A stretch of DNA of 20,000 nt. It comes from an uncultured virus (IMG/VR IMGVR_UViG_3300034062_000589) (Duplodnaviria > Heunggongvirae > Uroviricota > Caudoviricetes). Made by a program: the position numbers and the translations under genes. The notes below the pieces were generated by a model, which searched no databases, had not been told where the DNA came from, and saw only the letters and a list, made by a program, of their open reading frames with translations. Numbering within the stretch: position 1 is the first letter of the stretch; the number at the start of each line of letters is the position of its first letter. The DNA lies in IMG/VR virus record IMGVR_UViG_3300034062_000589. One strand, 5' to 3'. Below, in pieces: positions 8,299-14,639 of the stretch.

Positions 8299-9042
8299 TT
8301 ACGAGATGAAATACTCACGTGGTACAAACCGATCCGCAGCTTTCTCACGGTCCTCAGACGACGCCAAGTCCCAAGCCTCGTCATACATCATCTTTAAACC
8401 CGCCAAGCGATCTGGTGCCACCTCGGGCTTCTTCACCGCAATCATATACGCCAGACCTGCCACTAAGCAATTCTGAAAACGGAACGGGATGTCTGGCACA
8501 TTTACGCCATCACCCGCGTCAAAAATACGCTTCAAGCGCCAGTAGTAAAACACGTAGTAAGGGTTAAGCTGCGTGCCCTGATCCGGCGCGGGCCACACAT
8601 TAATCTGTGGGTTAGCCGAAGTTGCACCAATTAAGTCGGTCGTCTGTCCACTCTGGCGGTTAATCCACACCTGAATCGGACGGCCTTGCGCCAGCTTGTT
8701 AGGGATAGTCGAGTAGGTCGAGACGGAAATCCGGGTGATGTTCAGGTCAGTCTGGTTAGGGCCTTGGTTGGAATCCGTACGAATAACGTGCTCAATCAAG
8801 TCCACGGTGTCGTTAGGCAAGTTGTAGGTCGTCTGGCCCTGCACCAAGTTGATCGAGCCTTCCTCGATGGTCCAGAGGTTTATACCCCGGTTGGCCCACT
8901 CACCCAACAGGAAGTTAAGGCTACGCCGCGCTGTGCGGAAGTCGTAGCCCGTGCGCAACTCCAAGCCGCAACGCTCAAACGCCTCTTCGAATATCTCGTT
9001 GAGGGTCGGGTTAAACGTCGATACTGAGGTTGTGACGGCCAT
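8299..9042 (-). CDS. Putative head completion / tail-tube adaptor (neck) protein
   Basis: 247 aa. Contains EIFEEAFERCG...ARRSLNFLLGEWANRGINLWT...Y..IPNK..QGRP.Q.W...VWPAPD...P.RF..CLVAGLAY. Adaptor-type call from motif and synteny. Confidence 0.6.
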   Translation of the reverse strand: MAVTTSVSTFNPTLNEIFEEAFERCGLELRTGYDFRTARRSLNFLLGEWANRGINLWTIEEGSINLVQGQTTYNLPNDTVDLIEHVIRTDSNQGPNQTDLNITRISVSTYSTIPNKLAQGRPIQVWINRQSGQTTDLIGATSANPQINVWPAPDQGTQLNPYYVFYYWRLKRIFDAGDGVNVPDIPFRFQNCLVAGLAYMIAVKKPEVAPDRLAGLKMMYDEAWDLASSEDREKAADRFVPREYFIS

Positions 9043-9222
9043 TTACTTCTTTCCCATTTTCTTCAAGGTTTGGGCAAGTCGCGCTCGTTGGCCCAATTTT
9101 CCGGGTTTCTGAGCAGCGGCAGCGAGCTTCTTTGCCGGGATAGGCTTTCCCTCTTTTGCGCCAAGCTGAGCACGCAGGGCACCGGGCTTTTTGATTGCCT
9201 TTTGTATCCATTTCTCAGCCAT
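9043..9222 (-). CDS. Small, very basic 59-aa protein (missed by the ORF track)
   Basis: Translates as MAEKWIQKAIKKPGALRAQLGAKEGKPIPAKKLAAAAQKPGKLGQRARLAQTLKKMGKK*. It exactly fills the gap: TAATG overlap at 9220-9224, and the stop at 9043-9045 abuts the next ATG. Confidence 0.85.
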   Translation of the reverse strand: MAEKWIQKAIKKPGALRAQLGAKEGKPIPAKKLAAAAQKPGKLGQRARLAQTLKKMGKK

Positions 9223-9455
9223 TACCTAAACCCCGCTGTTTTCTTCGCAACGTCCTTGGGCTGTGCAACGAACTGCTTACCCTTTGCTTTCCCTGCCCGC
9301 TTTGCCTTCGTCGTGGCGGCATACTCGGCTGGGCTTAGTGCCTTGATTGCCTTTTCCGGGAGGTAACGCTCCCCGGTCTTTGACGACGGCTTTCCGCTTT
9401 TGGTTCGCCATTTCTGGTCTCCCCAGTCTTTCAGCGACTTTTGCGGGGCTTTCAA
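9222..9455 (-). CDS. Small basic protein, DUF5872-like C-terminal half
   Basis: 77 aa containing QKSLKDW..QKWRTKSG...GERYLPEKAIKALS..EYAAT..AKR. The TTG start overlaps the upstream TGA (TTGA). Family assignment is from recall. Confidence 0.65.
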   Translation of the reverse strand: MKAPQKSLKDWGDQKWRTKSGKPSSKTGERYLPEKAIKALSPAEYAATTKAKRAGKAKGKQFVAQPKDVAKKTAGFR

Positions 9456-9727
9456 TCTCTGTACCCACCGCCAGCGGCTTTGTACTTCTTAGCCACCAGC
9501 TGCGCTTTGCGGGCTGACCACTGACCTGCACCCGTGCCATGAGTTGCTGCGGACTTCACTTGGCTTACGATCTTCTTGCGAAGCTCCGGCTTGGTGTAGT
9601 TACCAGCAGCGTTAACCTTCCCACCTTCTTTGTACTGAGTAAAGTCGGTGTCATCCCGCCGCGCTTTCTTCTTCGCTTTGGGCATCTTGGAAGGGTTAAT
9701 GTCACCCATACCACGCGAGGCCATCAT
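9452..9727 (-). CDS. Small basic protein: leader + YKEGG + DUF5872-like N-terminal half
   Basis: 91 aa: MASRGMGDINPSKMPK...QYKEGG followed by NYTKPELRKKI...GQWSARKAQLVAKKYKAAGGGY. Confidence 0.7.
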   Translation of the reverse strand: MMASRGMGDINPSKMPKAKKKARRDDTDFTQYKEGGKVNAAGNYTKPELRKKIVSQVKSAATHGTGAGQWSARKAQLVAKKYKAAGGGYRD

Positions 9728-9728
9728 C

Positions 9729-9935
9729 TCAGCACTTACCGCCGGACTTCATGCCCTTGTTACCAGCCATGACAACCATCTTGCCCTTAGTCTTGCCTTT
9801 GACAGCCAGACCATCACGGCTAGGAGCAGCAGTCTTAACTTTGCCCATCGCTGTTGCGCCACCACCGGCCATTTTCTTAGCTGGGGCTTTTTTCTTCATC
9901 ATTGCCATAAAACCTGCGTTCATCTTCGATGCCAT
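9729..9935 (-). CDS. Small basic Met/Lys/Gly-rich protein (68 aa)
   Basis: Start revised to the ATG at 9935 because of SD AAGGAG just upstream. Sequence: MASKMNAGFMAMMKKKAPAKKMAGGG...RDGLAVKGKTKGKM...MKSGGKC. Confidence 0.75.
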   Translation of the reverse strand: MASKMNAGFMAMMKKKAPAKKMAGGGATAMGKVKTAAPSRDGLAVKGKTKGKMVVMAGNKGMKSGGKC

Positions 9936-9954
9936 GTGAATCTCCTTGAATGGG

Positions 9955-10866
9955 TTAGTACATCTTGCCTCTGGTTTTACCACGCATAGCGATACCGTCA
10001 GCACGCTTGGATGGAGTCATGCCGCCGCTTTTAAACATACTACCTTGCTCTTTCAAGCGGGTTTTCTCGCCCTTCTGATACGTGTCCTGCTCTTTCTTGA
10101 CCTTCTGGTCGCGTTCACGATTTTCCTTCGCTTCACGGGCAAAGGCTGGCATCGGGGCTTTCTTAGGCTCAGGCTTGCTCGAAGTCATACCGCCGTCAGC
10201 GTACTTTTTGACCACGCCGCCATTTTTGTAACGTGACTTCATTTCCTCTTCGCGTCGTCTTTGCACTTCGCGTGCGCGTTCTGACATCGTCTGCGCTGGT
10301 GTACGCGCCATACTCTTACCCGAGCTTTCGAAAGTACCCGCGATAGGATTTGCCGAACGACCCTTGGCTGTCGTTGCTTTTTTAATTGCGGCTGCTTTAT
10401 CCGCAGCTTTCTTAGCCGCCGCTTCTTTCTCAGGGTAAGGCTTCGACGGACGCTCTTCGTTAGGTTTTGCTTTATTTCCCGCCGCAATACCAGCATCAAG
10501 ACCAGTAGTCGAAACCGAGCCTTGCTTACTTGTTGACGTAGTCTTAGCAGAAGGCGCAGTTTTCTTAACCGCAGGCGTCGTAGTTTTCTTAGTTGTGATG
10601 TCGTCGTTCGTAGCATCGCCCATCTCAGGACGCCCCTTCGACGCAGCCATCGCACGTTGCTTAGCAGCATCGTCTTCCGTGTCCATCATCGACTTAATAA
10701 CGGGTTTTGCCGTGGACTCGCCACTACCCTCGTTACCAGTAGCAGCGTCTTTTTTCTTACGCGATAGCAGATAGGCCAATGTGCCCAAGCCAGCCAGAGC
10801 ACCGACAGTGCCGCCAACATCGAAGCGTTTAGTGCGGGCCGAGCCCTTAACAGGCTTAGTCTTCAT
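9955..10866 (-). CDS. Low-complexity Lys/Ala/Thr-rich protein with an N-terminal hydrophobic helix and four [FY]xxGG motifs (putative internal virion/ejection protein)
   Basis: 303 aa. KRFDVGG is followed by the hydrophobic TVGALAGLGTLAYLL. Also YKNGG, YADGG, FKSGG and a C-terminal RADGIAMRGKTRGKMY. Confidence 0.7.
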   Translation of the reverse strand: MKTKPVKGSARTKRFDVGGTVGALAGLGTLAYLLSRKKKDAATGNEGSGESTAKPVIKSMMDTEDDAAKQRAMAASKGRPEMGDATNDDITTKKTTTPAVKKTAPSAKTTSTSKQGSVSTTGLDAGIAAGNKAKPNEERPSKPYPEKEAAAKKAADKAAAIKKATTAKGRSANPIAGTFESSGKSMARTPAQTMSERAREVQRRREEEMKSRYKNGGVVKKYADGGMTSSKPEPKKAPMPAFAREAKENRERDQKVKKEQDTYQKGEKTRLKEQGSMFKSGGMTPSKRADGIAMRGKTRGKMY

Positions 10867-11041
10867 CTTTTTTCCCCTTGCGCAGGAGGCCCTGCACGGT
10901 TTTGGTTTCGTAAATACGTAGCGCCGTCCAGACTATCGTGAACAACGCGGCTACCGCAGGTAACACTTCCATGAGCGTACCGACCACAGTCACAATCGAA
11001 AGCGCATCTGCGGCAGTCTTCGCCGTTTCGTGATGTTCCAT
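10856..11041 (-). CDS. Small membrane protein (holin-like)
   Basis: 61 aa with the hydrophobic stretch ALSIVTVVGTLMEVLPAVAALFTIVWTAL and a charged C-terminus RKGKKDED. No endolysin is adjacent, so the holin call is tentative. Confidence 0.5.
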   Translation of the reverse strand: MEHHETAKTAADALSIVTVVGTLMEVLPAVAALFTIVWTALRIYETKTVQGLLRKGKKDED

Positions 11042-11296
11042 TTAGCACTTCCATCTTTTTAGTGACGCTGCTTTGCGTGTAGGCTTGCCGTTCTCGTCCT
11101 TCATAGGGCCGGGCATACCTGACATACGCGCACAGAACGACTTCTTACGTGGGCCACCCTCTGGCTGTGGAGCCTTCAGGTTTGACCCGGTTGCCTTGTT
11201 GTACTTAGCACGGCCTTTAGCAGTCAAACCCGCCCCCTGCTTGACCGGAAGCTTTTCGCCACGACCGACTGCAAGGGATGGAGTTTTCTTAGCCAT
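11042..11296 (-). CDS. Small basic protein, DUF6321-like (84 aa)
   Basis: Start revised to the ATG at 11296 (ATGGCTAA overlap with the upstream stop). Contains GLTAKGRAKYN..TGSNLKAP...RKKSFCARM.GM.GPMKDE.G.PTRKA.SLKRWKC. Family name is from recall. Confidence 0.7.
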   Translation of the reverse strand: MAKKTPSLAVGRGEKLPVKQGAGLTAKGRAKYNKATGSNLKAPQPEGGPRKKSFCARMSGMPGPMKDENGKPTRKAASLKRWKC

Positions 11297-11561
11297 AGAA
11301 CACCACAATAGTTGCGTTTGCCAGCGTAGCGTGTACATCAGTGTTGAACTTGATGCCTTCGCCGGGGAACAGAATATGCTCTGACCCTGCTGCTGCCGGA
11401 GCAGTAAACGAGAACCGTGTGGTGCCGCCTGAACCGCCATCTTTAAGCACAACCGTACCACCCGTGGCGTAGCTGACTGTCACCGCTTTTACACGGGTCG
11501 GGCCACCATAGGCGGAGTTGGTCGATGTTACCTGTGCGGCCTTAACGTCTGTTTGCATCAT
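11289..11561 (-). CDS. Small beta-rich virion protein (hypothetical)
   Basis: 90 aa with SD AGGAGG. Pattern MQTDVKA...RVK...LKDGG..G...FPGEGIKF.TDVH...VFYG. Confidence 0.7.
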   Translation of the reverse strand: MMQTDVKAAQVTSTNSAYGGPTRVKAVTVSYATGGTVVLKDGGSGGTTRFSFTAPAAAGSEHILFPGEGIKFNTDVHATLANATIVVFYG

Positions 11562-11577
11562 GGTGATGCCTCCTTAA

Positions 11578-12027
11578 TTAGACGTTTTGCTGACCAGCCA
11601 GCGGATCGACAACGAAGTAAGTGATGAAGCCACCAACAGTACCGCTGCCCGAAGTGTCGTCACGCGAAGTAACGAAAGCCGTTTCAGTCGATGCAGTCAG
11701 GGTCAGGCCAGATGTAATCACACCAGCAGCCGCAACAGACAGGTTATTAGCGATTGCCGCAGGAGCAGCAGTGCCGGAAGTCACGCCCGTTGTACCGATG
11801 TCGATAGAACCTGCACCTGCGTCGTTAATAACAACAGACAGGACAACTGCACCAGCGGGCAGAATCAGGTTAGGAGCGCCAGAAACGGAAGAGACTTTAA
11901 CGTTGCCAGCAGCAGATGCGTCAGCAATGTAGAACTGAGCAGCCATGACGCCGGAGCCACAATAAGCGGTACGAGTTTGATCGCCGCCGCCCGAACGCCA
12001 GATGCTTTGGGTAGTAGAAAGTGCCAT
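11578..12027 (-). CDS. Virion structural protein (possible head decoration/fibre)
   Basis: 149 aa, Ala/Gly/Ser/Thr-rich, with ILPAGAVVLSV and IDIG motifs. First structural gene after the MCP-endonuclease block. Confidence 0.6.
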   Translation of the reverse strand: MALSTTQSIWRSGGGDQTRTAYCGSGVMAAQFYIADASAAGNVKVSSVSGAPNLILPAGAVVLSVVINDAGAGSIDIGTTGVTSGTAAPAAIANNLSVAAAGVITSGLTLTASTETAFVTSRDDTSGSGTVGGFITYFVVDPLAGQQNV

Positions 12028-12035
12028 TTGAGTTT

Positions 12036-12110
12036 TCCCTCATGCGGTTAAGCGCGACGATCTGCATGAAGTCAGCCGGGACTGTTCGTTCGCGCCGGGT
12101 ACACCCGGTT
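12036..12110 (-). ncRNA. Structured pseudoknotted RNA element, probably the Mu-gpT-DE motif
   Basis: Minus strand reads AACCGGGTGTACCCGGCGCGAACGAACAGTCCCGGCTGACTTCATGCAGATCGTCGCGCTTAACCGCATGAGGG. Pairings: GCGCGA/TCGCGC extended by CGA/TCG; CCGGG with either CCCGG copy; CTTCATGC/GCATGAGG crossing the main stem. Its position downstream of a Mu-gpT-like capsid gene fits the described motif. Not confirmed with a covariance model. Confidence 0.65.
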
Positions 12111-12117
12111 TGCTCTC

Positions 12118-12146
12118 TTTATACTAGGTGGAATGGGGGGTGTCAA
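12118..12146 (-). promoter_or_regulatory. sigma70-type promoter driving the RNA element and downstream genes
   Basis: TTGACA (12146-12141), 17-nt spacer, TATAAA (12123-12118). Embedded in the last codons and stop of the endonuclease gene. Confidence 0.75.
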
Positions 12147-12984
12147 GGTGTTTTTCGATATACTCCGCAGCCTTCCGAAGCAAGTCTGGACGGTCACGAA
12201 ATCCGCCTAAAGCCTTGTTGCAAGCCGAGCAAAGTAACGCACGAATTTTACCTGTCGCATGGCAATGGTCCACCGGCATTCGGCGTGGAATACCCTGTTT
12301 ATCTACGCCTGTCTCAAGCTCCCCGCAGATATCGCACCGATGGTTTTGTGTCTCAGCCATGCGTTGGTAGTCTTGCAACGTTATGCCAAACATTTTTTTT
12401 AATTCCGCATTTTTTACTTTTTCTGGGTTGGCGTTTCGCCATGTTCTTTGCCATGCGGCAGTATCCTTACTTGGTATCGCTTCCTTCCAATGCCAATTAT
12501 GGGGGCCCAGCGCCTGCTTAGGGTCAATCTTACGTAGCATATGCCCGTTAGGACGCTCACCAACGGCGTCTACAAACAACCAAAAATCATCAGCCCATTC
12601 TTTGCACATGCCGTTCGGTTTACGACGGTGCCAGTGGTATGACTGGTATAGCGGATGAGATTCTCGTGCACCCCAATCTGCGCGGCGTGGCTGTTCAACG
12701 GTTCCGTGGCGGCTAAACCTGAACAGGTGTTTTTGACAATACCCTGATTTTAGAGTTAGTTGCGGGTCAGTGCAGCCGGGAACGGTACACGTGGGGCGAG
12801 AGGATTTTTGCTTTGCTCTGTAATGTTCGGCGCAGAGATCGCCGCGAAACGATTTGTTTTGGCACCCAGAAAAAGAACAAGGAGCAGCCGTCGCCAGCCG
12901 CTCCTGTTCATAGTGCTTTCGGCAGATTCCCCGTGCGAACACGGGGTTTCCACAGTTGGTGTGACTACATTCGGTGTACTCCAT
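12124..12984 (-). CDS. Free-standing homing-type endonuclease: three Cys/His Zn repeats, a degenerate HNH-like domain and a C-terminal endonuclease VII domain
   Basis: 286 aa. The C-terminal FGITLQDYQRM...Q..RCDICG...VDHCHATGKIRALLCSACNKALG.F.D..DLL..AAEY is the recombination endonuclease VII signature. The N-terminus has three C-x4-C-x9-11-C-x2-H repeats. Confidence 0.85.
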   Translation of the reverse strand: MEYTECSHTNCGNPVFARGICRKHYEQERLATAAPCSFSGCQNKSFRGDLCAEHYRAKQKSSRPTCTVPGCTDPQLTLKSGYCQKHLFRFSRHGTVEQPRRADWGARESHPLYQSYHWHRRKPNGMCKEWADDFWLFVDAVGERPNGHMLRKIDPKQALGPHNWHWKEAIPSKDTAAWQRTWRNANPEKVKNAELKKMFGITLQDYQRMAETQNHRCDICGELETGVDKQGIPRRMPVDHCHATGKIRALLCSACNKALGGFRDRPDLLRKAAEYIEKHLDTPHST

Positions 12985-13026
12985 ACAACCTCCGATTTAT
13001 TAGACCAGAGGTTATTGTATGGAGCA
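12977..13026 (-). promoter_or_regulatory. RNA hairpin sequestering the endonuclease SD (GGAGG) and ATG
   Basis: Minus strand reads TG-CTCCATACAA-TAA-CCTCTG-GTCTAATAAAT-CGGAGG-TTGTATGGAG-TA: a perfect 10-bp stem, a 3-nt bulge and a 6-bp stem covering the SD and start codon. Confidence 0.8.
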
Positions 13027-13042
13027 GCCCTTGTGTTGTCAA
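13014..13042 (-). promoter_or_regulatory. sigma70-type promoter for the endonuclease
   Basis: TTGACA (13042-13037, overlapping the MCP TGA stop), 17-nt spacer, TACAAT (13019-13014). Confidence 0.75.
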
Positions 13043-13947
13043 GCCCCTTGGCTACCGAACATGCCCAGTGGATCACTGAAGCCGAAGCTGTATCGCTCAC
13101 GTGATTTGTATCTCACGTTGCCCGTATCGAAGTCCCCATCCATGGAATTGGACATCGGCGTACGAACAAAGTGCTTCATGCCGTTTGGAACGTCAGTGGT
13201 CAGGAACCATGCGTTGTTATCGGTCAAGTAGTGATTGATCGTATAGCCTTCTGGGATCGAACCGTTGTTCTTGATCGCGTTGATGTCGTTGTCGTTAGTA
13301 CCGACACGCAGCGATGTCTCCAGCAGACGTGTTGCCACGAACTGCAATGCTGGAGGAACAACCAGCTTCTTCGGCTTAGCTGCAATCAGCAGGCCACGTT
13401 CATCAGTCCATGCAGCGATCTGAATAACGGCGGCTTCCAGAGAAGTCTCGTTCAAGTCAGCAGGGGTTGCTGCAATGTTGCTGTTGACGCCACCAGAGAC
13501 CAGAGGGTGATTAGCCGAGAACAGAGCTACGCCATCGCCACCGGGGTAGCTGTTGGAGAAGCCGTTGTTCAGGACGTTTGCAGCCTTGACCTGCTTGGTG
13601 TAAGCCATGGCACGAGCCAGCGACTTGGTGTAACGAGCAGACAGGCTGTCGTACAGGTTGTCCTCGATGGCCTCTTCGGTCAGCGAGAAACCAAGAGCGA
13701 TGGTTTCGTGGTTGTATCGAGCGGTCCAAGCTTCCTGCGCATTGTCATAAGCAATTGCAGAGCCTTCGTTCTTGACTGGAGCAGCCGAGAAGCCCGACAG
13801 TTTTGTTTCTTCTTCGAAGGAACGCTCGGAAGTCTCAGTTTCGTAGATTTCCTTGTGCTCTTCGCCGTAGCGAGCGTACTCCATACCGAACAATGCGTTC
13901 AGGCCGGGGAGCAGTTCTTTAAGTAGTTGTGCGCGTGAAATAGCCAT
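13039..13947 (-). CDS. Major capsid protein (Mu gpT-like, HK97 fold)
   Basis: 302 aa: MAISRAQLLKELLPGLNALFG.EY...SERSFEEE..LSGF..AP.K.EG...GGDGV.LFS..HP...KLVVPPALQF.A.RLL...NHYLTD..AWFL...DFDTGNVRYK.RERYSFG.SD. SD AGGAG; follows the scaffold. Confidence 0.9.
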   Translation of the reverse strand: MAISRAQLLKELLPGLNALFGMEYARYGEEHKEIYETETSERSFEEETKLSGFSAAPVKNEGSAIAYDNAQEAWTARYNHETIALGFSLTEEAIEDNLYDSLSARYTKSLARAMAYTKQVKAANVLNNGFSNSYPGGDGVALFSANHPLVSGGVNSNIAATPADLNETSLEAAVIQIAAWTDERGLLIAAKPKKLVVPPALQFVATRLLETSLRVGTNDNDINAIKNNGSIPEGYTINHYLTDNNAWFLTTDVPNGMKHFVRTPMSNSMDGDFDTGNVRYKSRERYSFGFSDPLGMFGSQGA

Positions 13948-13959
13948 GATTTATGCTCC

Positions 13960-14613
13960 TTAAGCCACGCCAACGGCGTTGTTGTACGAATGGTAGCCAA
14001 AGTTAAATTTGACGATCAGTTCGGTATAGCCATTTACGGTTGCAGTGTCAGGAACACCATCAACTACTCGCAGCGGCAGGGAAGTGCTTACCGCATTGGC
14101 AAACACACCAGTTTTTGAATTACCAGCAGTGGTATTAGGCGAGTTCAGAATCAGAGTGGCGTTATTGCCCACAACGACTTGAGACACGGCGCTGATAACC
14201 AGACCAGTGGTATTAATGGTGTTGCCAACCGAAACAGCTTTGTAAAGCTGGTCGGGATCATCCGCAACGTACGCATACGCATCTGTCACGCCAGACGCAA
14301 AACCGGGCCAAAACTGGCTGAAGGTCTTTTGCTTAGTCACAGGGTTGGTATAAGTACAGCCGAGGAATACACCAACGACACCAGCAACCGGAGTTGCGTC
14401 CGTATCTAGAGTCGAGATGATGATTGTGCTATTTGCTTGGCTCAACTGAACCACATCACCATAATAGATAGGGGTGTTGTAGTTAATCGAACCACCACCG
14501 TTACCGGGGGTAGCAGTAATAGGCAACTGACGAGTTGCGCCTGCGAAGACCTGACCACCAATCAGATTAATTGGCTGTAGGCCGTAAGGGGCACTTACAG
14601 TAGGATAAGCCAT
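13960..14613 (-). CDS. Capsid-associated (decoration/cement-like) protein
   Basis: 217 aa with APYGL.P, IYYGDVV, GVFLGC.YT and AYVADDPD motifs. SD GGAG; immediately upstream of the MCP. Confidence 0.6.
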   Translation of the reverse strand: MAYPTVSAPYGLQPINLIGGQVFAGATRQLPITATPGNGGGSINYNTPIYYGDVVQLSQANSTIIISTLDTDATPVAGVVGVFLGCTYTNPVTKQKTFSQFWPGFASGVTDAYAYVADDPDQLYKAVSVGNTINTTGLVISAVSQVVVGNNATLILNSPNTTAGNSKTGVFANAVSTSLPLRVVDGVPDTATVNGYTELIVKFNFGYHSYNNAVGVA

Positions 14614-14639
14614 AATTAAGCTCCAAAAATTTTAAAAGG

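Noticed and set aside
11297..11461. N-terminal extension of the 139-aa ORF in the track
   Set aside because: Overlaps the 90-aa gene in another frame. The ATG at 11296 gives normal coupling and starts the recognisable domain.
12977..13026. Hairpin after the MCP as a rho-independent terminator
   Set aside because: No U-tract follows the stem on the coding strand. The stem covers an SD and ATG, which fits translational control better.
12028..13038. Group I intron carrying the endonuclease
   Set aside because: The MCP ends with a normal C-terminus and stop, the next gene has its own start, and the flanking non-coding segments (about 55 and 95 nt) are too short for an intron core.
13171..13926. 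251-aa plus-strand ORF
   Set aside because: Antisense shadow of the codon-biased major capsid gene.
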